Shown here in pieces: positions 1 through 12,700 of a stretch of 64,000 nucleotides of DNA. Every line of letters begins with the position of its first letter. Positions within the stretch are counted from its first letter, which is position 1. This DNA comes from Catajapyx aquilonaris (lineage: Eukaryota), in NCBI GenBank assembly GCA_000934665.2, contig KZ537983.1, positions 1 through 64,000 on the forward strand, given 5' to 3'. The notes below the pieces were generated by a model. The model ran no database searches. It saw nothing but the letters and a program-made list of their open reading frames with translations, and was not told where the DNA came from. The position numbers and the translations under genes were made by a program.

Positions 1-366
1 CCTTTCGCGTCCATATACTCCAGTTTCATGCCGATACCTCCATATTTGCGGCCGTGACAGCGAGAAGAAGAAGTGTCAAACTCACGGGCCGGCCCGCAAC
101 GGGCTACCCGCAACAATGAATAGCGTAGCCTAGAGCGCGCTCTTAATGGTTTAACCTTATCTTGAATGAATTGTGCATGTCTGTCATTCAGCTAAGGAGT
201 AATTGTGCAAGATCAGTGATATGTAGTATGACCCTTACAATATTCAGCTTTTTTTCTGAAGTAGATGGCAAGATGAAGCCAAAAGTTAAAATTCATATAC
301 AGTACCTTTCATGCATCCAGAAAGTAAGAAGTACTTCCATGATTTTAATGTGCATCCATGTTCCAG

Positions 367-654
367 ACTGCTGAACGTGTCTTGGCAAACACATGCGGAT
401 CAGACCTCCAGGTCAGATTTTTAGGCAATGCACCTTGCGGGTTCTACAAGTACAAATACCCCAAGAAGGCAGTGTGTCCAGACGCTGAAGTTGGTGCCAA
501 GGTTTTCTTCTTTAAGGCCCAGGTCCAATCTGGAAATGTGCTGAAAGGTGACGGAATCCAAGACTTCGCTTGGCTGACACGACCTGAAATTGGTACAGTT
601 CTCAGTGGCTCATATTACAAGAGTGTGTCCCAGTTCCTCATTAATGAAAACTAG
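367..654 (+). CDS. mRpL46: Last coding exon of mitochondrial ribosomal protein L46 (upstream exons lie outside the window)
   Basis: Acceptor ttccag ends at 366. Translation TAERVL...FLGNAPCGFYKYKYPK...GAKVFFFKAQ...DFAWLT matches the conserved mL46 C-terminal Nudix-like domain. Stop TAG at 652-654. Confidence 0.88.
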   Translation, partial: TAERVLANTCGSDLQVRFLGNAPCGFYKYKYPKKAVCPDAEVGAKVFFFKAQVQSGNVLKGDGIQDFAWLTRPEIGTVLSGSYYKSVSQFLINEN

Positions 655-727
655 TGAATTGGCATGTGGTCGTCATAATATACTTCTGTATTTGTAGCGC
701 TCTCAATACATGTTTAAAGATTTTGGC

Positions 728-3700
728 TCAGTTGTCTAATTGGCATAGCAAGGCTACTCCCCTCTTGATCCAGTGCTGCACTGGCACATCAGTAGGCAGG
801 AGGAGAGGAAGGACATAGTTGGTGGAGTGGCCTGTGGTGGACAGAGTGCCCTTCCTCTCTGAGGTTTTATACAGGGGTGATTTGTACCTGGTTCCTTCAA
901 GTATCTCGACCTTCTTCTTTGGCACCAGCCTGATTACTGGCACTGCATCCCACAACAACTTGGGGAACTGCTCAGCTAGGACAGACCTGCATGCAAAGGA
1001 AGTACAGTCAGTGTGACCAGCATTTCATATTTTGTTAAGTTTGCAGGTGTGTCAAGATGCATTGTAAGCGCTCGTACAGTACAAGACAAAATGAATAAGG
1101 GCCTACATAAGTTAATTCTACAGTAATGAGTATGTATAGGGAAATTGGAAAATAGGTAAATTCTCATTGATAGTTTTTACAGTACAAGATATACTTTGTC
1201 ATAATCAAAGCCAGAGAGAGTAGTCACTTATTTAGACAGGGTACATTGGAGTATGAAATTTTCAGTGCCCGACAGAATGCCTCAGAGCCAGCACCGGATT
1301 TTATCCAGTGCTGCTCAGAGCAACTCTGGAGCACTAGCCAAGGTGTACCCTGCAGCACCCAAGTGACTACCCTCTCATGGACCTCGTATTCACTGATCGA
1401 ATATCCTGTGATGTCTCGTGAAGTTTAGCGAATGGAATATTTGCTCACTTCTCTCTGTTCCATCTGGCTCCATCAAGGTAGAGTCCAAAGATGTAGACCC
1501 CATCTTCTGGGGGCTCAGCAAAATGGTCTTTCTCTGTGACAATAAAGTCATACCCCAGGAGGTCAATGGGAATGACATACTTCCGGGAGAAGTTCTGCAT
1601 TGCTCCAGTGAGGAAGGCCTGAGTGAAAAAGAACCCAGACACCCAGAAGACAGAAGGCTTCCCCACGTCATACCACTTCTGCAGGAAGGCTAGTCGTTCC
1701 AAGAAGTCAGCTATGTAGCTGCCTAGGGGCTTAAGGCTGGGGTAGGAAACTTTGGCCCAAATTGCTGGCATCTTGGACACCAAGAGGGAGGCAGCCAGAT
1801 TTTCCAGATCCACTGACATCACCACAACTCCCTTGATGGCCTTCTGCAGATTCTGAAGGCTACCCCGTATCATGGCTAGGAGGCGATTATAACGTTCCAT
1901 TTCCTGCACCAGCACTGTGTTCATTGACTCACTGTACGTAACTGGATACTTTTGGAGAGCCACCTCCAGATCATAGTTATCTGGTAGCTGGGAACAAAAA
2001 ATAAGCCTGTTAAATTTCCACATCTTCTATATCGATCAACCCTACTTCAAGCATCCAGATCAATAATAATCAAGATTTTCACCTTGCCAAGTACGTCCTG
2101 TGCAATGTCATATAGCATTGCATCTGCCTGCCCAGAAGGCCCTTTCCCAGATGATCCCTGTGTCAGAAGGGCTGAATCGCAGAGGACCCTGGTCTCTTGC
2201 ATCTCTCTGCTGATATCCACATTGTCATGCATCCCAAACACCTCAGGCATTTGACTTATAGGTAGGTCCTGGAAGGGAGGGGGGAGGCAAGGAAAGGGGG
2301 AAATGGTATTAGGAAAATAAGGGTGTGGATAAGGAAAAGGAAACACTGGAAGGGAGGAATAGAGAGCGTTTCGGGAAGCAGACAAAAATGCCTCGCCTTC
2401 CATTTCACCCAGGCGTATGGCTGCATTTGGGTGAAGGAAAAGTTCTTCCACAGGTGTTGTTTGCTCAATGGGAAGCCGATACTGTTGTTGTCAAGCATGT
2501 TGCAGAAATGTGAGCAGTAAATTTCATTATATCACCAAACCAGTAAGGTACTGCCTTATGCTACTACAATGAATAACTGGCCATATAGTCACTGGCCACC
2601 GTAGTCATTTTGAATGCACCAAACATTACCTTAATGTAGGTGATGTAGTCCTCATAAGCAGTCTTATTGGGCACATAATAGACCCCAGATGGAGACAGCT
2701 GGTACTTGGGCGTGGTGACCACATCTGGGTTATAGAAGTCAGCTAGGATGGTCATGAGTGTGCGGCGATCCCAATCATCCGTCACCCTCCCACCATAGTT
2801 GCACTCCCCAGTCAGGTATGATATGGCCTCATATGGAACATCATCATACTCATTGATGAACATCTGTGAATGTTTGAATTACCAATAAATTCATATAATC
2901 AAACCACTGCACTGTCCAAGTAGGTCTTATGGCATTTATCATCACATATGCCTTGATATTCATTTGATTGCAATTACAATGCACAAATGTTGCATAAAAG
3001 AACTTGCCTGCAATTGCTGCATAGATATATGCAGGTCTGACTCATTGAAGCCATAAGCAATGTTCCATCCTAAAGGCCCAAACTTTCTTCTTTCCTGAAC
3101 GAGGGCATGGAAGAAACAAAGTCCAAAGAGCAGCTTACTGAATACCTCTTCCCTGCCAGGACATCCCTTGTAGAATTCGGCTTCATTCATGGGGTTCATC
3201 AGGTATGACTGGAGAAGGTTCTGGCGGAGGCCAGTGGGAGGCTCGTTTGTCATCTTCACGCTGTTCTGAAGCACTGTTACTGGGAACTGGAAGGTACAAG
3301 GTTACTCCCAAATGTGGTCACCACAGACAGGCATGGCTGCTCCTTGGTATAAAATAGCTGACCTTTTCTGAAGGATAGCTGGTAAGCCAGAGGCGGAAGC
3401 TGTTAGCTGTGTTAAAATTGGTCATGGACTCGCATATTTTCTCCAGAGTAGGCAACCACGAGGTGGCCAAATGGCAGTTCTGCAAGCACACCCACGTACC
3501 CTCCTGCTGGGCCTTTTCCATCATGGCTTGCGCTATTGGGCCCTACAAATATATCAAGATTTACTCCAATTCATTGTTAAATATGACAACAAATACGTTC
3601 ATTACAGCACTAGCTAAGTGAATGAACAAAAGTAAGACAAGCAACCACATACTTGTCCTTGCCCAAGGGAGATGGCCTGGAAGTTATCGCCTCCCATATC

Positions 3701-6700
3701 CTTGTCTTGAGCAAACTTGAGCAGGGCAGACATGGGGTCAGCTCCAGGGGAGAGCACAAAGATGAGTGGAGTGATGCAATTTGAATCGATGTATGATTTG
3801 GCCAAGTCAAATGGTGGTGGCGTGATGAACTTCCTTCCAAGATGGTTGGAGATGAACTCAACCACTACTGGCACCACCTTTGATACAAAGGAACACACTG
3901 ATAATTACTATCTATAACATTCACCATATTTTGAAATTAATTTAGTGATGTAATGCTACCGTTGTTGTTATTATTATTAATGCTAGGAAAGGCTTACTTT
4001 GTCAGGCCTGATGCAACGCACAACAATAATCTTCTGGAAGGCAGTCAGAGTTGTGTCCCACTTTCCAGGCAGCGGACTGAGATGGGGATCCTTTAAGTCA
4101 TAGAATTCCCACCATTTCCTGACATTTTGTACAAAGTCATCCACAAAACCTGCAACATGAATCATATAAACTTAATGACACATATTATGCTCACAAAAGA
4201 TTCATGCTGTGCCGGATTGTGTAATAATGCTCGCAAAAATTATATAAAAATCTAAAACTGTAAACAGTGTGATAGAAAACCTCCTTTGAAGTCTGAGCAA
4301 AAAAAAAGTAACTTAATAAAATAAGTTGACCTTTGAATGGTGGTAAATCACCCATCCTGCACAACTCATCCCATGACTTTTCAAGAAGCCAGTCCGATCC
4401 AGGATTGGGACGGGTGTTTTCTAGGCCAACTCCACCAGTCAGTAAGAACATGAATGATTCCTTAAGTAACTCTCCCTTTGCCCTGAAAACATAGTCAGTC
4501 AATTGCAATAAATGGAATGATGGATAACCCAAAACAACTCACATCATTAAGTTGGTGCACAAAATAAATGAGAAGAGCAGTTTGTCCTTCGCAAATAATG
4601 AACGGCAGATGTTGCTGTACAAACTGTATGTGAAGTGGTCACTCAAGAACCTCAGCCGTTTGGGTAGCTCTTTTGACTTGTTACTGAAAATATAACGAGA
4701 AAGAAGTTACGTCACCTGACTACACATGTACAGAAGCACGTCATATTTGGCATACATCACATGCACTTACCTTGTGTCTATGGAATTGATGAACAGGTTG
4801 ATGAACCATGTGAGGGAATACTGATACATGGGATCCACATTGGGGAGGTCAGTGATGGAGAAGAAGAGTACAGAAGAGTGTTGCGCTATGGGTTTGTAGC
4901 CAAGTCGCGACTCCTCTATCTTGTTTTCTGTCTCCTTTGCCTCCTCTTGCTTTATGGCAATTTCATTTGATATCACCTAGTTGGACAAATACATACAGAT
5001 TCATCAATCAAAATGTAACAACTTGGTACAGTAAATATAAAGATTGGATGTGTAAACAGGAAAATTTTGTCCTTCACAAATCTTGACATGACTGTCCCAT
5101 TGTCTCATTCCAATGGCTAGTGCTTATGCATGCAACTAACCTTTGAAGAATCCAATATCTCAATGGCTGTTTCATCCTCCAAGATGTTTCCTTCAGATGA
5201 ACTCAAGGTGAACAAAATTTTGTCTTCCGTCTCTTTCTGGGCCTTATTGTTGGCAGCAGTTGAAACTATGAGGGTTAGGCGTTCCTCCTCCAACTCAGGT
5301 CTACATTCAAAGACATACATGGTATGTTGGCATTCATGCTAATTTTTGTATAAATATAAATACAGTAAACCTGGCCCATTTACAGAGATTGACAGAGATA
5401 CACTGAAAATCCTCCATCGGGACCAAACAAAAAGGTCTCCAGTTTCTGTTTGAATCCAGGATCTCTTATAAGATAGGTTTCACTGTGTAGAAACCAGTAA
5501 GTTACCGTTCTTTTGCAACCACAATGCCCAGCAACTGATCCTCCAGTCCATCTGGTGTTATCATAAAATTCAGCAGGGTCACTTTAGTGGAAAGCTCTGG
5601 GAGGTAGTGAGGGTTCCTCAGCTTGGTGGTGATGTAAAAGCGGAAGTCCTTGTTGTAGTCCACTGTTATCTCACCAAGTCGAATCATAATCACACCCCCT
5701 GGATAATAGGATTTTAGGACCACATTACAAAAATGTCTCATAAAATATCACACAATGGTAAAAAGATGTCTGGTCATACATATTCTCCATAATTATTCCC
5801 TTCAAAAAAATTCAAAAAAAAAAATCATACTTCAAATCTCTGGCTAAGTGTTACCTTGCTTAAATGTTTGCTTGAGTAACAATGGGTCCAGTGATGGGTC
5901 AAGGTCCTCATTGATATTTTCAAGCAAAACAGGTGTTCCAAATTGGACAGCATTCTCCAAGGTGCGCATGTAGTCTGACATAGACAGACGAATTACACCC
6001 AACCTATTCTCTTTCTCTGAGTTCTTGATCCATTTGTTTGCTTGACCCTGAGGATCAATCATCAGGGGCCACCGTCTTGAATTGTCAACGATGACTCCGT
6101 TGTCTATGGAGAACGAGTCTTTGGGCAAACCGGCAATGTTCCATGCCTGGATCTTGATGGGGGAGCCCATGGTACGACTTAAGCTGAAGTCCTTAGAGCA
6201 TGGGAGCTGCCTGCGCTTAACATATTCACACCAATCTGTTATGCAGTCATTCCTGAAGCATGTAAAATGCATGTGTTCATAGAGTGGGTACATGAAATTT
6301 CCCATCCCTTGGAATACAACAACAACAACAACAACAACATCACGACATTTCCCTATGAGGGGTAGTCAGCGATGAAGGGAGATGCAAGCTAACCCAACAT
6401 ATGAACTAATAAAACACATGAGAAAGAACCTAAAAACAACCTGTCCCACCCCCCACCCCTGCCCACCTCAGACATCACCTTATCCTCAGACCCTTGGAAT
6501 ACAACTTTGAAAAATCCATTCTCTTGTCCAAACTAACCGGAATGAGGCTGTGTATGCTCCCAGATATGCAATGATCCCTGATGAGAGCAGAACATCACCA
6601 GGGAGGTTGTCGTAAATCCCTTGAAGGGTCTCCGCAGCCAGAGTCCACCTGTCCTTCTCACCACCCAAGCCCCCAATCAACTTCTCAGCCCTCACCAGCT

Positions 6701-9700
6701 GCTGGGAGCACTGTTCCACTCGATTGGCTAGCTGCTCCTTAGTTCTTTGCAAAAAATTAGGTTTTGTTACTATGTGAAAAGTGATACATAGATAGGCCTA
6801 CAACTTGAATACAGTAAAACCCTCATAAGATGAGCCTCTGGGATCCAAAGTGTAGGCACTTCATCTTAAATGAGTTTGTAATATCTGTCGTATGTGGGTT
6901 TCGCCTTATCCAAGTTCGTCACAAGGGTTGTACTGTATTTACATCAGTGTAGAAACATCGCTCTACACAAGTTTTTAGAAAGGTGCACAAACCTCATTGC
7001 CTCGGCCAGACCCTGCCTAAGATTTTCCAGCCTGTCCTCCAATTGTTTGAGCTGAGCTCTTTTTCCATCCAGGAAGGCCATGGTTGCAGCCAGCTTTGTC
7101 ATTGCCTCCTGCAAGGCCGCCTGCTTGGGCTTCACTTGCTTGGCCACCTCCTCATACACCTCCATGGCCAGTACCCACTTGCACAAGCCCTCTGCTGCAC
7201 TTGATGCCTTTGCAACTAGGGTTGGCTTGAATTCTGGGTTATTCTTGAACTCCTTGCGAATCTTTGCCATGACCTGCATGAAGGGAAAGGAACAGAATGT
7301 TGAGCATATTGTAAAATGTAGCAGAGCCAATCATGAAGCATTTATCTGGTCCAGACCAGTTTGTATCCATTTCTAAATTATATGCAAAAAAAAGAGTTTA
7401 TTATAATCACAATCTTACTGTAGGCGATATGTTGTCCTTATCATATTCCTTCAATGTGTTCAAGAAATTCATGTCATTCAGCAACTTCTTACTGGGACCC
7501 CAGTAGTCAAACATCTGCACAGAAAATCACCATTAATGTGGAGAAGTGTAAAAAATATATTGTTTTCATATATAAGTTGGCCTACCGTCTTCCCTGGCTT
7601 GTTGGGATCATTAACTTTGTCAGGCTTTAGATCAAGCATGACACAAACAGCAGCCATCACCACTTTTACAGCATTAGGTGGATTCTTCATCGACTTCACC
7701 AAGCTGATGTCAGCAGGCTTCACAGTGTCCAGGGCAGACACCGCAGCTATGATTTCAGAATGATTTCATCATATGAACTAGGAGGGGCATTAGGAACGTT
7801 TTTAAACTTAATTTTTTTGCCACAAATACAGGGCCATGCAGGTTGTCAGATAGACACACTTTATTATTGATAGAACCCTCCTGGAGCCTACTGGACCAGA
7901 ATCTAGGGTATGCCAACCACTTCAGGCCCTCTAGGAACCAATTTTTGGGGATGCGGCACACCCACTCTCGGACAACTACTGCTTGTTGTTCAACAATGTC
8001 CTCAAAATGTCATCAGCGAAGGGGTTTTTTCATGGATTTGAACAGGTGGAAGTTACTGGGTGCCATATTAAGGGAGGACTGCGTGTGTGGAAGCACCCAA
8101 ACCCTATTACACGAAAAAAATCCCTTCGCTGACACCATTTTAAAGACATTGTTGACAGTTGTTTACTATGAGCAGTTGTCCATGTTCGGGTGCATCGCAC
8201 CAGCAAAAAGGGTTACTGGGGGGCCTGGAGGGCCTGGAGGGCCTGGAGAGCTTGCCACACCCATGACTGCTGTGTATTCAGCTCCAGGAGGGATTTATCA
8301 ATAATGTGTGACTACCTGCCAATCTGCAAGGGCCCTGTATTTGTGGCAAAAAAATAAAGTGTAAAGACTTTCCTAATGTCCTTCGTATATATCAGTCAAA
8401 AATATTGATCAGATTTGATATTGAAACAAAACTTAACATTATCTCAAACTTTTTATCCGATGTATTACTGTATATCAGTGATATCATAAAATTAATTTTC
8501 ATTAGTGTTCGTTTTGTTCAAGGGCCTCACATAATGCAATTTTGATTCATCACAAATTAGCTGCTAAATTAATTACCATCGAGAATAGGTATGGCAAGAG
8601 CAAGGTCAGCCTCGCAATCATCCTTCAATGCCTGTGACTCAGCTGCTTGAGCATTTGCCACCTCCTCCTCAGCTCTCACTGTTGCAGAAGCTTGCTCCAC
8701 AGCCAGCGACTCTTTCTCTATGGCTTCCATCATTTCCCTGGCTTTCTCTGCAGACTTCAGGAGTTCTGGCTGCATATCTGCCAGTTCCACTTGCATTGAT
8801 CCAACCTTCATTGATTACACAAGTTAGTCATCATTAACTCACAAATAGTTGTACATTTAAGAGTTATTACGAAGAAAGTCTACAAAAGCTTGGCTAAAGT
8901 TGAAACATTTCAAACTTTGAAAATAACAAAAAGGCTCATGATAAAAAGTGCTCCCCATTTCTTGCCTGTGCTGCAGCAAAGGCAAGCTTCTCCAGACCCA
9001 CAACATATCTCCTCTTGGCTTCAAAGATTTCGTCCTGCTTTGTCTTGATGAGAGCTTTGAAGCTATCTATCAGGGACAAGTATGATGTAGGTGTCACATA
9101 CACATGTCGACCCAAGGATATCAAGAACTTAGTGCCTAGTATTCTGGAAAGTACATTTTAAAATCACAATGAGAATATTTAAGTTACAAGTTAGAGCTGA
9201 AATCACAATGAAATGGCATCTATCAGCCAGCTACAGTCAACTCACATAGCCGATGTATGGAAATATTGGCAGGTCTCTACTGTGGCTGACTTATGCTCAT
9301 CCTCAATGTCGACTTTCTCTAGAGACTTCTCTGCAACCCTTTCCAAGGCATCTGGAGGCCATGCCTGAAACCAGTCTATTGTGCAGCAATTGATAAGTGA
9401 GGGAAACTGCCTGAGCCTGTTCCGGAAGGCACTTCCAATGGGACTGAAGGCAATGATGATATGCATATTTTCCTTGCAGCGTGACACAAAAAAGGCAAAG
9501 AGCGTCAAAGGTCCGAGGTCCACACCTTTCTTCCCTTTCTTTCCAGCCAGCTGGATAGCAGCAGCACCTGAAACAGCCTCCAGAATTTCCTGCTTTTCAT
9601 CAGGAGGGAACAGGTTAGGCACTTCTCCTGAGTTGAGCAGGGCATCAATATCTTCTAGAAAGCTTTCCTCCTTGATCTGGGAGTCCGTTATAAGGAAAAC

Positions 9701-12700
9701 AGTACTCTTGCCGTGACCACCTGCACCACGTAAAACTCCCTTCAGATCCTCACGCCACTCATTCTTGCCTGGGAATTGAAACATATTATTGCAATGAAGC
9801 ATGCCAGCCACTATGGCCTAGTTGCAACACTGAAGGACAATTATTGTCAAGCAACAATTTCGTCTTGTCATTCATTGTTGACAAAAATAGGCATAAAATA
9901 CTTACTGCTGCCAATGTTACAGTATATACAGTATATCAAAGGATAGACTATTGGTCATTGATCTCCTTACACTGGTACCACATGGCCTAAATTATCATTT
10001 AGACTTATAAATGTCAGGAGATTAATAGTTTCTCTACCATAGTTCTTGGTTATTTCTGGCTGAAAGATGTGGAATCCAGCCATGTATGATGCCAACTTTG
10101 TGAGGGACTGCCTTCCAGAGCCACCAACACCAACCAGAAGAGCATTTCCTCCTGGATTACGAAGGATGCGACATATGCGGGAAAGGTGCTCCAGAAAGTA
10201 CCTGCACAATGAAAAATAATATGGTGGTGTATGTACATAATTATTCTTCATGTACAATGCTCTATGGAGAGTATCACTCTCTGCTGACTATAAATTAGAT
10301 GGCATGACCGCTGCTAATTCTTCAGCCTTTATAGGCGTGATAAATGAAGGTCTTACAGAAAGAGAGAAGTTGACAGCACTAACCTAAATATGACAAGGTC
10401 CATCCTGCTCTTGCTGGCCTGGTTGAATTCATCCAATGACTGCTGCACCACAACAGCAAAGTCATCCAGACTGGTGACCTCCTCATACAGTCTCTCTTCT
10501 GGGGCTAAGTCAGGGTTCATGTAGTCTCCAAACATGAGGCTGCGCAGGTCGTCTTCAGTCACTTCTGCCCGTCCTTTGGCCAGAATCTCAAAAACTGATT
10601 CAAACCTCTCTTTGAACTGAACTTGAACACATCCCTTCACAGTTTTGAAGAGCCAGGAGCGGTCATCATTATCAGTCAGGCGGTCATAGAAGACTCGAAA
10701 GACTTCATGAACCCATAAGCGAATAATAAGGCGTTTGTTTCCCTCCACCAGGGACTCTTTCTTCAGGAGGCAACAGCCCAAAATTACTCGAGAGAAGTCC
10801 CGCAGGTTAAAGAGATAGTGAGACTTGGCTGGTGTTGGCAGAAGGTTCTTCATTGATTTCTTGTACACATCCATGGTTGAGCCAACCATTGGGTGGACGA
10901 GAGACCAAATCTCAGTAGGGAACTCAGCACACTGAGGGGTTGGAAATAGTTGTGTAAGTTTAAACATCACATGAAATTAACTCATACTGACTGAAAGTCT
11001 CACATTACTCAATTTTAAGAATTTCAACAGTAATATCTTTCCTGGATAATTGAATATTTTGACATCGACAGGATATTCTGATACCAAGTAGAATAGAATA
11101 TCACGTTACCTACACTATAAATGCATAGGATGAAACTATCTTACCCTAAAATACATCATAGTTAAGATACTGAATATCCTAATCATGCTGTCATCTGAGA
11201 AGGGGTTGATGGCAATCACATTAAAGTGCCTCAGGAATCTCAAGGTAATATCCTGCCTGCTACCTCCTGGTGGACCCATAGCAGCCATAAATAGCAGATC
11301 GATTAAATGGATCTTGGTTGTGTCCTTCCGGTCATACCTAAAAGTCAATGTTATAAAAAAGACGTTACATTCCTAAAGGCAACTCACAAGAGGCTGTGGC
11401 TGTTTCATAACGTTAGCTTACATCAGCAAACAACTACGGTTTACCCACCACATAGTAGCTATGGAACTTATCTTATACTCACCAGTGTTTGTGATCAAAG
11501 TACTGCCTGAGCAGCTCAATGGGGGGCTGAGCACCATAGATTTCCTTGGCTGGCATGTTCATATCATCAATGAATATTATGCATTTCTTGTTTGGTGGGG
11601 GGCCAAACACACCTTTTTTCCTTTTGTCTAGTCTGCTCATTATCAAGTCCTGCATAAGACCAGAGTAAAATTAATTACCATTATTCACCAAAGACTCCCT
11701 GTGATTTACAGAGCTAATGACGGTGACATTCACAGATGAATTATTTTCTTTGTAACAGACACTTGCAATGCCCATACCTGTGTCTGGTTGGCGGTTGTCT
11801 GTGCTGAGAATGTGATGAATGAGGGAATGTAAACATCTTTGGGCAGCTTGTTCATGAGTTTCTCTTGGATGTATACACTCTTGCCAGTTCCAGTGGGACC
11901 AACCAAGAGCATTGGTATGTCATTATGAACAAACATGTCCATTAGGTAGTTATATCTGGCAGTATCCACAGTAGGCACAATCACAGACCTAATGTTGATG
12001 GTCTCTACAATCGGGGTAGTTTTTAGCATTTCAACCCACAGCTTCCAAGCACCTCTTTGCTTGAATTCATACATGTATTCATAGACATTACTATCAGCAG
12101 GAATTGGCACCTCCACCTTCGCTCCTATTGACTCCGGGATAGGGTGATCTTCATTCTTTCCTGCAATTAACACAAAATGTTTAAAACAAATGAACATTGA
12201 AAAATTAGTTATGACATTCTGTTCGACTGAAAGCAACTCACCTGAAACCAGCTCCTTAAAGAAAACATCATATCTCTCTCTGCTCTCATCATCAAGGATG
12301 CCTCCAACCGCCCAAATGCATGCAAATTGCATGGCAGCCTCCATCCATATCCGGGTATACTTGGCATCCTTAGCCTCCTTTGCGGCAGTGTCCACTAGCA
12401 TCTGTGCCATCCGGAAGGCAGACACCACAAGATTACTGTCACTAGTTTTCTGCAGCTCCTTGCACCTTTTCCGTACAAAGCGTAAGCATGGTGGGAGAAG
12501 CCATGTGGTCAGATTCTCAATATAATCATCATGCCCTCCTTTCCACTGTGGGCTTAGCTGATTGATCCATGAAGTAAGCAACACCTTCCATCCAAGAATA
12601 TGTGGTTCAAAGTAGATCATACCGCAACGAGAAACGGTAGCAGGAGATGCCTGGGAGAGATCCATTGCTTCAAAGATAAGGGACATTGGAGGACTCATGG

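Noticed and set aside
2270..2520. Purine-rich tract and overlapping ORFs in a dynein intron
   Set aside because: Low-complexity, probably repeat-derived; no TSD, TIR or recognisable protein.
7843..8304. 153-aa ORF with collagen-like GPGGPGGPG
   Set aside because: Lies inside the mariner relic; the motif comes from a 9-bp triplication.
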